Shown here one piece after another: positions 49,390-59,380 of a DNA stretch of 64,000 bases (position 1 is the first letter of the stretch; the number at the start of each line of letters is the position of its first letter). The stretch lies in contig JBEKXL010000004.1 of NCBI GenBank assembly GCA_049512075.1, positions 1 through 64,000 on the forward strand. The letters are read 5' to 3'. The position numbers and the translations under genes are program-made. This DNA is from Candidatus Bathyarchaeia archaeon (GTDB lineage Archaea > Thermoproteota > Bathyarchaeia > Bathyarchaeales > Bathycorpusculaceae). Under the pieces are notes generated by a model. That model had not been told where the DNA came from, made no database searches, and saw nothing but the letters and a program-made list of their open reading frames with translations.

Positions 49390-50712
49390 TCATTCTGGAA
49401 CGGTCCGCGCTGAGATTTCTCCCGCAACATTGGTCTTCAGAAGTCTCTTTGCGCCGTCCACATCTTTTGTCTGACCTAAGACCCACATGAGCTTAACAAG
49501 AGCTGTCTCGGGAAGCATGTCCTCTAACGGGATCACACCCTGAGCCTGCAGGTCGCGGCCTGCGTCATAAACGTTCATGTTCACCCTCCCCCAGATGCAC
49601 TGAGATGTCATTGCTACAACAACATCTCTTGCGACGGCTTTTCGTACAGCTCCGAAACTCTTCATGCTGATGTGGCCGAGACCTGTTCCTTCGAGGATTA
49701 TTCCCCTGTAATCTTGGTCCACAAGCCAATCTATCACAGCCGGGTTCATGCCTGGATAGAATTTGACCAGGGCAACTTTGTCGTTGAATTCAGGCTTTAA
49801 CGCAGGTCTCCCTGAGTCGCTGCGTTTCTTGTAGTCCTGTGTCAGCATGGTCAGTTCTCGGTTCTTCATTCTCGCTATTGGAGTTGCGTTCACGGATTTG
49901 AAGGCGTCCCTTCTGCTCGTGTGGCATTTGCGGACTTTCGTGCCTCTGTGAAACACTATAGAGTCGTCTGAGGTTGTTTCGTGCATGGCAACTGTCACTT
50001 CTGCGAAGGGTGCTCTTGCTGCTGCTGAAACGGCGCCTATGAGGTTTGTGGCCGCATCCGAGCTCGGCCTGTCTGCTGAGCGCTGTGAACCCACGATTAC
50101 GACTGGAAAGGGAAGATTTTGCAGAGCGAAGCTGAGGGCTGCCGCCGTGTAGCCCATCGTGTCTGTTCCATGAGCTATGACAACCCCGTTCACGCCCTCA
50201 GCAGCCTGGTCGGCTATAGCCTTCGCGAGTTCTCCCCATTGCTGCGGGGTTATGTTCTCGCTGAAGAGACTGAAAAGAATCTGGGCGTTGATTCGCGCAA
50301 TTTCTGCTAGTTCGGGCACGACGCTGTATAGGTCGCCAGCTGTCAATGCGGGTCGCACACCACCTGTTCTATAATCCACTCGGCTCGCTATGGTTCCCCC
50401 CGTGCTTAATATGGTGACCCTTGGCAGTTGCGGGTTCTGTTCAGGTTGAGGTGGAGCTGCAAACGTGGGCTTCGTTCCTTTCCCGACTCTCTCTATCGCA
50501 GTGTCGGATGTTATTTCTATACCGATGTTGTAGCCGTTTTTCAACTTCACGACGATATGAGTTTCGTCGCCGTATTCCGACCGTGGAATCAGGATTCCTT
50601 CGTAGACCTCCTTTTTTCTGGTTACGCGTATCATGTCACCCACATCTGCCCCGACTTTTCTTATGCTAGCCAAGGCTTCTCCCTTGTAGCCTGAAAACTC
50701 CTTCTCACTCAT
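49390..50712 (-). CDS. gatD: Glu-tRNA(Gln) amidotransferase subunit D
   Basis: TGGTIASRVDY, HGTDT, SQRS.DRPSSD, KCHTSRRDAF. Confidence 0.96.
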   Translation of the reverse strand: MSEKEFSGYKGEALASIRKVGADVGDMIRVTRKKEVYEGILIPRSEYGDETHIVVKLKNGYNIGIEITSDTAIERVGKGTKPTFAAPPQPEQNPQLPRVTILSTGGTIASRVDYRTGGVRPALTAGDLYSVVPELAEIARINAQILFSLFSENITPQQWGELAKAIADQAAEGVNGVVIAHGTDTMGYTAAALSFALQNLPFPVVIVGSQRSADRPSSDAATNLIGAVSAAARAPFAEVTVAMHETTSDDSIVFHRGTKVRKCHTSRRDAFKSVNATPIARMKNRELTMLTQDYKKRSDSGRPALKPEFNDKVALVKFYPGMNPAVIDWLVDQDYRGIILEGTGLGHISMKSFGAVRKAVARDVVVAMTSQCIWGRVNMNVYDAGRDLQAQGVIPLEDMLPETALVKLMWVLGQTKDVDGAKRLLKTNVAGEISARTVPE

Positions 50713-52307
50713 TCTTGATTCTCCAAAGTCTTTGACATATAAACTCCATCGCGCTCGTAACCAAGCCGCTTGTAGTACTGTTTTGTGCCGAGCGCACTTA
50801 TAACTAAAATCTTTCTTAAACCATAATCCTCTCTCGTTATTCTTTCCGCCGTGGCCAGCAGGATTTTGCCGAAACCCTTGTGCTGCCACGCTTGGTCAAA
50901 ATGTTTGCCGACAGGAACTAGGGATCCGTACACGTGGAGTTCCCGGACTATGGAACACGGCTTCGCTTTTACCTCCTTTCTGTGGGCCTTTTCCGAAGGG
51001 ATCCTCAGCCTCAGATAGCCTATCAAAACGTCATTCTTCGAGTCCTCTGCTGAGATGAAGATTTCCTCGCCTTCAGAAGCGTTATATTCTGCAGTCAGGA
51101 TGTCGACTTCCTTTGGCTCGGGCCTCACGCCCCCTTCTGTTCGGTGCCCTACTTCCCTGCAACGTACGCATTTGCACTTCTTGCCTTTCTCAGCCATTTT
51201 CTGTTGTACCAGTTGTCGCAGATTGCTTCTGTTCACGCCCGCAACGATTAGTGGGGCAGGGATGTCGCGTTGGACGCGCATAATACGCATCCATCTTGGA
51301 ACGTTCTCTTTGATTTCTGCGATAAGATCAGCTGCCTCCTCGTTCGTATACGGTCTGAATTCCTTTTCCATATACCATTTGTGGGCTCTTGTGTTCTTCA
51401 AGACCAAGCACGGATAGATCTTCATCATGTCGGGCCTGAAACGGCGGTCTGCGAATATCTTCTTGAATGCCTGCAAGTCTTTTTTTCTGTTCGAGCCGGG
51501 AAGCCCAGGCATCATGTGGTAGACTATCTTCAGTCCTGCATCTTTCATTATTCGTGTAGATTCAACAACGTCTCGAACCGTGTGTGTTCTGCCGACCAAG
51601 CGGTAGATCTTGTCGCTTGGGTTTTGGACGCCCATTTCCACGCGGGTTACGCCCATGTTCAACATATGGTCTACGTGGGTCTCCTTGGCCCAGTCTGGCC
51701 GTGTTTCCACCGTTATGCCGACGTTGCGGATCCTGCTCTCTTCCGCGTTCTCTTCGGCCTCTTCAAGACTGCCTGATTCTTTTCCCGTTATTGCGTCGAG
51801 GCAACGTTGTACAAACCAGGTTTGATAATCCGGGGGCGTGGCGGGGAAAGTTCCGCCCATTATTATGAGTTCTATCTTGTCAACGTTGTGTCCTATGGCT
51901 TGCAATTGTTCGATGCGGGATTTGACTTGTAGGAATGGGTTGAATTCGTTCTGCAGTCCGCGCATGGCCGCAGGTTCGAAACCAGTATAGCTTTGTGGGA
52001 CACCCATAGCAGGTCCTCCGGGACAGTACGCGCAGGGTTCGGCTTGTGGACAAGGATACGGCTTCGTCATTGCAGCTACCACTGTGACCCCGGAGATTGT
52101 ACGTGTGGGCTTCCTTCTCAAGAGCGGCAATAGTCTGCGTTTCTCTTCGGCCTTAAGCAAGCGTATTATCTCGGAATTTGAGGGCACTTTCTGCAGGTGA
52201 TGTTTGAGGGCAGCCTGTTTTTTTAGATAGCCCAAATCGTGATGGCTAGGAGAGGGGCTACCCATCAGAATTTCAATGATTTCTCTCAGGGGCTTATCTG
52301 AATTCAC
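50709..52307 (-). CDS. elp3: Elp3 tRNA U34 carboxymethyltransferase (radical SAM + GNAT)
   Basis: RTISGV, C.YCPGG, QSYTG.EP, ETRPD, RELHVYG, QH.G.G. Confidence 0.96.
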   Translation of the reverse strand: MNSDKPLREIIEILMGSPSPSHHDLGYLKKQAALKHHLQKVPSNSEIIRLLKAEEKRRLLPLLRRKPTRTISGVTVVAAMTKPYPCPQAEPCAYCPGGPAMGVPQSYTGFEPAAMRGLQNEFNPFLQVKSRIEQLQAIGHNVDKIELIIMGGTFPATPPDYQTWFVQRCLDAITGKESGSLEEAEENAEESRIRNVGITVETRPDWAKETHVDHMLNMGVTRVEMGVQNPSDKIYRLVGRTHTVRDVVESTRIMKDAGLKIVYHMMPGLPGSNRKKDLQAFKKIFADRRFRPDMMKIYPCLVLKNTRAHKWYMEKEFRPYTNEEAADLIAEIKENVPRWMRIMRVQRDIPAPLIVAGVNRSNLRQLVQQKMAEKGKKCKCVRCREVGHRTEGGVRPEPKEVDILTAEYNASEGEEIFISAEDSKNDVLIGYLRLRIPSEKAHRKEVKAKPCSIVRELHVYGSLVPVGKHFDQAWQHKGFGKILLATAERITREDYGLRKILVISALGTKQYYKRLGYERDGVYMSKTLENQE

Positions 52308-52445
52308 GTTGAAGCAACCACAGCTAACTAGTGCAAAGCGTGCAAATAAACCACGCTGGGAACCAAGTTTCTCAGGGTCACTTCATTTCAAAAGCGAAAA
52401 AACGAAAGATGCAGAGAAGTCATGTTGAACTGGAGGGATCTTCAT

Positions 52446-53048
52446 TTATCTTGAAGCTTGAGCTACTCTCTCAATTTCGTGTCTTTTTGCGACCGCGAAG
52501 CTCTTCATGTCGTTGTTGCCTGCCAATATTAGTTCTTCGGCGAGGCATTCTTCTATGGAGCGCGGGTTGTTTACTGCCGCTTGTCTTGCTCCATCCGCGA
52601 GGTGTCGTAAAGCCAGATCCACTCTTCTTTGAGGTGCGACGTCCACGGACAGGTGGTAGGCGATGCCGCCCATGCTGATGCGCGTCGTGTCTTCGCAGGG
52701 TGCGGAGTTCTCGACGGCTTTGACCAACACTTCTATCGGGTTTTTGCCTGTGCGCAGGTTGACAATCTGAAACGCGTGGTGCACCATGTTCATTACTTTG
52801 GCTTTTTTTCCAGCGTTCTTGCCAGGACGCATGAGATTGTTTGCAAGTCTTTCGACGATGTTTATGCTTGCCTTGCGGAAGCGCTTGTGCTCATGTCTTC
52901 CCATGCTGTGGGGAATAACAACGGGCTTCAGTGAAACATATCTTTGCAAGCCTAAGTCTTTGACTTCGATGCCCTTGAAACTCCATTCTCCGAAAAGTTT
53001 TACTTCTTTCTCCTGTTTTTCTTCCTGCTTCTGACTCAAAACTCTCAC
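52446..53048 (-). CDS. rps7: 30S ribosomal protein uS7
   Basis: PHS.GRH, IVERL.N, NP..VL..A.EN, DVAP.RR.D.AL, ERVA.ASR. Confidence 0.96.
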   Translation of the reverse strand: MRVLSQKQEEKQEKEVKLFGEWSFKGIEVKDLGLQRYVSLKPVVIPHSMGRHEHKRFRKASINIVERLANNLMRPGKNAGKKAKVMNMVHHAFQIVNLRTGKNPIEVLVKAVENSAPCEDTTRISMGGIAYHLSVDVAPQRRVDLALRHLADGARQAAVNNPRSIEECLAEELILAGNNDMKSFAVAKRHEIERVAQASR

Positions 53049-53485
53049 CGGGCCGGCTTCTGTTTCCTTCCGTACACGAGTTCGTTCAAAGACACGCCGT
53101 TGACTGTTATGACCTTCCAGCGCACTCCTGGGATGTCGCCCATGCTTCTTCCGCGTGAGCCGCCTATTCCTTCGACCAGGACTTCATCGTGTTCATCCAC
53201 GACGTTCAATGCACCGTCTCCGGGCAAAAATGCAGTGATTAATCTCCCATTCTTTATGAGCTGCGTTCTGACACATTTCCTAATGGCACTATTGGGCTGT
53301 TTACTTTCTACGCCGACCTTTTCAAGAACAATGCCGCGTGCCATGGGAGACCCTTGAAGCGGGTCCGCCTTGACGTCCAGTCTCAAGATTCTGCGGTTGT
53401 AATACATGCTGCTCCAGCGGAACTTCTTGCGTTTCTTAACAAGCGCTCTCGCAGCGAATTCGCCTCTTGGAGACTTGGAACCCAT
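53045..53485 (-). CDS. rps12: 30S ribosomal protein uS12
   Basis: [21 protein letters not shown]. Confidence 0.97.
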   Translation of the reverse strand: MGSKSPRGEFAARALVKKRKKFRWSSMYYNRRILRLDVKADPLQGSPMARGIVLEKVGVESKQPNSAIRKCVRTQLIKNGRLITAFLPGDGALNVVDEHDEVLVEGIGGSRGRSMGDIPGVRWKVITVNGVSLNELVYGRKQKPAR

Positions 53486-53705
53486 GGACCAATTTTCCTC
53501 TCGCTACGTCTAATCGCAATCCTAATATTTAAACTGAGCTACGAAGGTTGGAAAGGTCTCCCACATCATCCCGTCCTTTTTCTCCATTCGGTCCTTGAAT
53601 GGCTCACGCTGTTTCCATTCGTACGCGTTGACTTTCAACTATCATTCGAGGGTCCTCTGCAGGTCTCGGACTGAGCATGGTCCAGAAAGGTTGAACGTGT
53701 GGTCT

Positions 53706-53870
53706 TCAGCCTTGTTTACACCATTCTGAACCAGTTATTTTCTTGAAAATGCTCTGCAACATCCTGTCTGTGTGTGAATCAGGGTCATAACCGTAAACTT
53801 CAAAGTTCTCCTTTACGAGCTCCGCGATCTGGGCGAGTTCTTCATCAGTGAATTCCACCTTGGATTTCAT
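53706..53870 (-). CDS. Possible 54-aa hypothetical protein
   Basis: MKSKVEFTDEELAQIAELV..; G-rich RBS-like sequence upstream. Confidence 0.35.
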   Translation of the reverse strand: MKSKVEFTDEELAQIAELVKENFEVYGYDPDSHTDRMLQSIFKKITGSEWCKQG

Positions 53871-54273
53871 GCTTTCATCATCCACCCCCTAATTCGAGTG
53901 CCAACCATAATCCCCTTTAAGAGAATGATTGCAGTCAGTTGGACATTTAGCGGGTGTGCATATAAATGTGATTCTATCTTCAAGCTTTCTTGTGTTGGCT
54001 TTTTTTGTCTCAGGTCCGCGTCCCGTGAAAGCTTGGATGATATATATAAAGTGCGCCTAGGCGTCCTACGTGGACATACTAATTAAGTCTGGAAAGGGCT
54101 TCAAGAAAGAGAAATGGACTGCTGACATCAGAAACAGATCCCAGGCTGCGTCATAGAGGTACGAGCATAGCTTGATGCATGGGGCGAGCAACGTAGCGTA
54201 CTCAACGACGCTGAAACGATTATAAGCAGTTGGCAACAAAGACAGAGCTACAGCTTCCTTTGAGGTTTGCAGT

Positions 54274-55032
54274 GTGATCGAGACTGAATATTGGAAGAAG
54301 TATATCGCAGAACTGATTGGCACGTTTATTCTAGTCTTCGTGGGTTGTGGAACTAGAGTTATCGCCGGCGGCTACATAGGCATTGAGGGAGTATCACTGG
54401 CTTTCGGTCTCTCTGTTCTAGCGTTGATGTACGCCATAGGAGGTCTTTCTGGATGCCACATAAACCCAGCAGTGTCCATTTCAATGTTGGCCGCAGGCAA
54501 AATGAAGCTCAAAGATGCAGTATTCTACGTAGTTATGCAGTGCTTGGGCGCAGTAGTCGGAGCTGCACTGCTCTACGGGATAGTCACTGGCAACGCAGCC
54601 TACAATCTGGCGTCTAATGGCTTGGGCCAGAATGGATACGGCGCGACGATAGGCGGGTTCTCAGTGGCGTCCTGTTTTGCGGCTGAGGTCGTGTTGACCT
54701 TTGTTTTCTTGCTAGTCTTCTTCGGTTCCACAAGCGAAAAGGCGCCGAAAGGTTTTGCAGGCGTCGCTGTGGGCTTTACTTTTGTCATGATATATCTTGT
54801 AAGTATGCAAATAACAGGCGGATCGGCTAATCCAGCAAGAAGCCTAGGCCCTGCAGTAATTCTTGCAGTGTTTGGCGGTGGTGCTGGAGTGGACGCTTGG
54901 AGCCAGCTCTGGCTATTCTGGGCAGCACCCATACTCGGTGCGCTCATAGCCGCAGGTGCCTGGCGGCTTCTGGGGCAAGAGCGAAGCATCTTGGCCTGCG
55001 AACCCGCTTCAGACGCGGGGCGCGTTGATTAG
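54274..55032 (+). CDS. Aquaporin (MIP family, AqpZ-like)
   Basis: AE..GTF, SG.HINPAVS and SANPARS. Confidence 0.92.
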   Translation: MIETEYWKKYIAELIGTFILVFVGCGTRVIAGGYIGIEGVSLAFGLSVLALMYAIGGLSGCHINPAVSISMLAAGKMKLKDAVFYVVMQCLGAVVGAALLYGIVTGNAAYNLASNGLGQNGYGATIGGFSVASCFAAEVVLTFVFLLVFFGSTSEKAPKGFAGVAVGFTFVMIYLVSMQITGGSANPARSLGPAVILAVFGGGAGVDAWSQLWLFWAAPILGALIAAGAWRLLGQERSILACEPASDAGRVD

Positions 55033-55105
55033 TGTAAGCGCACTATTGAACGCTAGAAAAGAAGCTTTGACGAGTATGTGGACCTAGTGCCTGGGATGAG
55101 GTTGC

Positions 55106-55855
55106 ATGAGTCGAAGAATAGTCAACGCATATCATTTGGAACTCATTTCCGAGGTCAAGGCACATGCCAACCAATTGTCACAATCTCATAAAGAAAGACT
55201 TGAACGCTACATTGGAACAGACAAGACCTGCTACGTGATCGGGGCCGATACGCAGAGGGCAATCATCAAGGAATGGATTAGGAAACATCCGAGCCTCACT
55301 GAAGCTGAATACATCGAATTGCTGAACTCTTTATGTCAGGGGAAATCTGTCAACGAGATTTCTATCGCGGGCGAGTTGCTCGATTCGTTGCCAAAGCTGA
55401 GGAAAACTGTCGAGCCAAGATATCTTGACGTGTGGCTGAACAATGCGCACGGTTGGGCTGAAGTTGACTCCCTATGTCAGTCAAAATTCCCTGCATCTGA
55501 GGTCTTGGCCAACTGGAAAGAATGGGAAGGTCTCCTGACCAAACTGGCCTCGAACGATAATGTCAACAAGAAACGTGCTAGTCTAGTTCTGCTCACGAAA
55601 CCAGTCAGAGACTCAGAGGACACAAGATTGGAAAATTTGGCTTTCATGAACATCAACAAACTGAAGAATCATCGAGACATATTGATCACAAAAGCTATTT
55701 CATGGCTGCTGAGAGATCTGATCAAACACAACAGACAGAGAGTGGAATCCTACCTGAAAGAAAACGAAGACACGCTCCCGAAAATCGTTTCCAGAGAAAC
55801 CAAGACAAAACTGCTTACTGGAAGGAAAACGCCTCGTCGTACCAAACGTGGTTGA
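55106..55855 (+). CDS. AlkD-like DNA alkylation repair protein
   Basis: WAEVD, KAISWLLR and RE..TK HEAT-like pattern. Confidence 0.78.
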   Translation: MSRRIVNAYHLELISEVKAHANQLSQSHKERLERYIGTDKTCYVIGADTQRAIIKEWIRKHPSLTEAEYIELLNSLCQGKSVNEISIAGELLDSLPKLRKTVEPRYLDVWLNNAHGWAEVDSLCQSKFPASEVLANWKEWEGLLTKLASNDNVNKKRASLVLLTKPVRDSEDTRLENLAFMNINKLKNHRDILITKAISWLLRDLIKHNRQRVESYLKENEDTLPKIVSRETKTKLLTGRKTPRRTKRG

Positions 55856-56020
55856 GGCTTTGTTTGCCCACGTTGCTTTTGGTCTCCAATCGACTAGCGT
55901 GATGGCCGATTATCGTTCTGCCACGCGAACCATCTGCGCTGAAGGTATAGGTATTTGAGAGACGTTTGTTAATCCATCTTCACATACAGCCAATTTTCAT
56001 GCACCAAGAGTGATGATGAA

Positions 56021-56878
56021 TTGAACGAAATGAAAGACAAGGTCTGCATTGTTACAGGCAGCAACTCTGGGATTGGAAAGGAAACAGCTCTGGCTTTGGC
56101 AAAAATGGGCGCATGGGTCATTATGGTCGTACGTAACCCAGAACGGGGAGAAAAAGCGAGATTCGAAATACTCAGCCAGAGCGGAAGCAATACAGTTGAT
56201 CTGATGGTATGCGACGTGTCATCAATGGGTTCAATACGGCATTTCGCAGAGTCATTCAGGCAAAAGTACGACAGACTGGACGTGCTCATAAACAATGCCG
56301 GAGCTGTCTTCAATAAGCAGGAGATCACCGTGGAGGGTTTTGAGCGAACACTGGCTGTGGATTATCTTGGACCATTTTTCCTCACACATCAACTCATGGA
56401 TTTGTTGAAATCGAGTGCTCCATCCAGAGTAATCAACGTGACTTCTGGGCTTCACAGATCAGGTAAAATAAGTTTCGACGATTTGCAGAGTGAAAAGAGT
56501 TTTAACGGAATGAAGGTGTATGCTAACGCGAAATTGATGGTGTTAATGTTCACTTATGAACTTGCCAGACGGCTTGAGGGTACAGGACTCACGGTAAACG
56601 CGCTTGAACCAGGCTTTGTGGCTACCAATCTTGGAAGAAGCAGCGGAAGTCTCCGTTCGGCTATACTCTTCAAGATGGTCCGTCCGATGCAAATTAACGC
56701 GAAGAAGGGAGCTGAAACTTCCGTGTACTTGGCATCTTCAGACGAAGTTAAAGGCGTAACGGGCAAATGCTTCGCAAAAATGCATGAAACCACCACCGCC
56801 CCCATATCACACGATCAGCAACTGCAGAAGCAATTATGGGACAAGACAGTGGAACTGATTGGCTTGGCCCCAGACTAA
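56021..56878 (+). CDS. Short-chain dehydrogenase/reductase (retinol dehydrogenase-like)
   Basis: TGSNSGIG, NNAG, YANAK, PG.V.T. Confidence 0.92.
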   Translation: MNEMKDKVCIVTGSNSGIGKETALALAKMGAWVIMVVRNPERGEKARFEILSQSGSNTVDLMVCDVSSMGSIRHFAESFRQKYDRLDVLINNAGAVFNKQEITVEGFERTLAVDYLGPFFLTHQLMDLLKSSAPSRVINVTSGLHRSGKISFDDLQSEKSFNGMKVYANAKLMVLMFTYELARRLEGTGLTVNALEPGFVATNLGRSSGSLRSAILFKMVRPMQINAKKGAETSVYLASSDEVKGVTGKCFAKMHETTTAPISHDQQLQKQLWDKTVELIGLAPD

Positions 56879-57056
56879 TTCGTGCACTGTTTAAGGTGCT
56901 CTTTGCGGCCAAAACGATATACGTGCTGCGCGAGCTAGACTCTTGAAAGCAGGAACCAAGCTTACGCATGATTTGGCGCCGGCGAAGTTCCAGCTGCAGA
57001 CTATCAAAGGTTTTAAGGAACAGGTGACATTCACAGAACAAGGAAGGTCAGATAGA

Positions 57057-58286
57057 TTGAGGTACAGAGATTTCGTTGATTTGAAATACGAACCGAACGA
57101 AACAGACCTTATTTGCAGTTTTCGCGTTGAGCCGGCTGGCATTGATATTGAGGAAGCGGCAGGAGGCGTTGCTGCGGAGAGCTCAGTAGGGACGTGGACA
57201 GAGCTCTCAACAGTGAAACCTTACGTACTCAAACTCGCGGCTCACGTTTTCAGCATAGAAGGCAACGATGTCAAAATAGCATATCCACTGCAACTCTTCG
57301 AGCCAGGAAGCATGCCCAATATACTGAGCAGTGTCGCGGGGAACGTTTTCGGGTTGAGGGCCTTGAAAAACCTAAGACTTAACGATATCCTTTTTCCGCG
57401 GAAGCTCATCCGAAGCTTCGAAGGCCCGAAATACGGTGTTGAAGGAATACGGAAGCTGATGAAAGTTTATGATAGGCCGCTCGTGGGCACGATAATCAAG
57501 CCTAAGCTTGGGCTCAAAACGGTGGATCATGCGAAGGTTGCTTATGATGCTTGGGTGGGAGGTTGTGACATAGTCAAAGATGATGAGAATCTCGGCAGTC
57601 AGAAGTTCAATCCTTTTGAAGATCGCCTAATGAAGACCTTGGAGAGCAGAGATCGTGCTGAAGGAGAAACTGGGGAAAAGAAGGTCTACATGGTCAACAT
57701 CACGGCTGAAACGGATGAAATGTTGAGAAGAGCAGAGGCCGTTGTGAATCACGGGGGAGAATACGTGATGATAGACATTCTAACCTGCGGTTTCGCTGCT
57801 CTGCAAACGCTTCGAGATAGATGCTTCAATCTTATGATTCATGCCCACAGGGCCGGCCACGCGGCGTTCACCAAGGATCCCAAGCATGGAATTGCAATGC
57901 GCGTAGTGGCTAAAGTCGCAAGAATGGTGGGTGTGGATCAGCTTCACGTGGGGACTGTTGTTGGGAAAATGTTTGAAACTGCGGAAGAAGTGGCAGAGAA
58001 TAGGGACGCGTTGACGATGGAAATGGGCGGACTGAAACCTGTGTTGCCTGTCGCCTCAGGAGGGCTGCACCCAGGACTTGTTCCCGCACTTGTCAAGTTC
58101 TTCGGAAAGGATCTTGTGATCCAGGCTGGAGGGGGTATCCACGGCCATCCCAACGGAACGACTGCGGGAGCCATGGCCATGCGACAAGCGGTTGATGCAG
58201 CAATGCGCGGTGTGTCACTGGACACGTACGCTATGAAACACAAGGAATTGGAAGCAGCCCTGGAAACATGGGGACACACCGCCTAG
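57057..58286 (+). CDS. rbcL: Form III ribulose-1,5-bisphosphate carboxylase
   Basis: AAESS.GTW, GTIIKPKLGL, GG.D..KDDE, HAHRA.H, GK, SGG, GGG..GHP; TTG start at 57057 inferred. Confidence 0.95.
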   Translation: MRYRDFVDLKYEPNETDLICSFRVEPAGIDIEEAAGGVAAESSVGTWTELSTVKPYVLKLAAHVFSIEGNDVKIAYPLQLFEPGSMPNILSSVAGNVFGLRALKNLRLNDILFPRKLIRSFEGPKYGVEGIRKLMKVYDRPLVGTIIKPKLGLKTVDHAKVAYDAWVGGCDIVKDDENLGSQKFNPFEDRLMKTLESRDRAEGETGEKKVYMVNITAETDEMLRRAEAVVNHGGEYVMIDILTCGFAALQTLRDRCFNLMIHAHRAGHAAFTKDPKHGIAMRVVAKVARMVGVDQLHVGTVVGKMFETAEEVAENRDALTMEMGGLKPVLPVASGGLHPGLVPALVKFFGKDLVIQAGGGIHGHPNGTTAGAMAMRQAVDAAMRGVSLDTYAMKHKELEAALETWGHTA

Positions 58287-58293
58287 TGCCTCT

Positions 58294-59223
58294 TCACTTG
58301 AAAACCCATGGATATTTCCTGTGCATTACCTCTGTTATCGAGTGCGGCGATATTATTCCCTCTTCGCATATTATGCCGTGAATGAAGTCTCTCCGCGTCA
58401 CGTCAAAGGCCGGGTTCCTAACGGTCAGGTCCTTCGGTGCGTCCTTCCAAATCTCACGTGGGTCTCTTTCCTCTATCTTCTCGTAGTCTCCGTACATTGT
58501 TGCTGGGTCGAATTTCAAGAGTTCTGAAACCACGTAGAACGGGGTCCTCGCCTCTTGAGCCACGAGCGCGACCATGCTTGTTCCAATCTTGTTTATCACG
58601 TTTCCTTCAGAAGTTATCGCGTCCGCTCCGACGACTACCATGTCAACCTGGTTCATGAAGAACCTTGTGGCTGAATCAACGATGAACGTTGTTTTAACGC
58701 TTAGGTCTAACATTTCTTTTGCCGTGATCTTTCCTTGAAAGACAGGTCTGGTTTCGGTGCAGATGACTTCGAAGACTTTCCCATCATGCCTAGCTTTCTT
58801 CAGGAGGTGAGTGACCGTGGAAGAGTGGCAGTGGGTCAATATCGTGGAGTTGTTCCTGATCCTTCGGGCTCCCATTTCAGCAATTCTTTCCTTCGAGTTT
58901 TCGAGATCTTTCAGAAACTGTTGCGAGGCCATCGAGACTGTCTCGCTTAGCTTTTTGACGCTTTTCTCGGTGCTCTTTTCTACTTGATTTATGATTAATC
59001 TGATAGCGTTCCTCATCAGCGGTTCAGTCTCTCTTGAAGCGAAAAGAGTTTCCTTGGCCTTCAGGAGTTCTTTCAGGAATTCCCTTTTGGTTTTGGCTCT
59101 TGTCTGGTTTGCCTCCGTCTGTGTCGCAGTTATCGCAGCTATGGCGACGTTCCTTGCTCCTTGGACTTCAAGCTTTCTTATTTTTTCAGCCGCAATCCAT
59201 ACTGGGTCCTGCAATGCTTTCAC
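58294..59223 (-). CDS. Ribose-1,5-bisphosphate isomerase (eIF-2B family)
   Basis: THCHS, ETRP..QG, GADA, NKIGT, NPAFDVT; convergent with RuBisCO. Confidence 0.88.
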   Translation of the reverse strand: MKALQDPVWIAAEKIRKLEVQGARNVAIAAITATQTEANQTRAKTKREFLKELLKAKETLFASRETEPLMRNAIRLIINQVEKSTEKSVKKLSETVSMASQQFLKDLENSKERIAEMGARRIRNNSTILTHCHSSTVTHLLKKARHDGKVFEVICTETRPVFQGKITAKEMLDLSVKTTFIVDSATRFFMNQVDMVVVGADAITSEGNVINKIGTSMVALVAQEARTPFYVVSELLKFDPATMYGDYEKIEERDPREIWKDAPKDLTVRNPAFDVTRRDFIHGIICEEGIISPHSITEVMHRKYPWVFK

Positions 59224-59380
59224 CTAAACAAATCACAATCTTATTTGTGAACACACTATAAACTTTCGGTGACAGTCTCTTTCGCTCGCGACAAGGTCCA
59301 GCTCTTGTCGGCTCTCGTGAACAGAAAAACATAACTCCCTTTGTGAAACTATTGTAAAGGGACTTCAGGGTGGTTGTGAC

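Noticed and set aside
50713-50889. N-terminal extensions of gatD, RuBisCO, DUF126 and cytX in the ORF track
   Set aside because: They overlap neighbouring genes, promoters or the riboswitch; downstream starts with ATGA coupling or an RBS fit better
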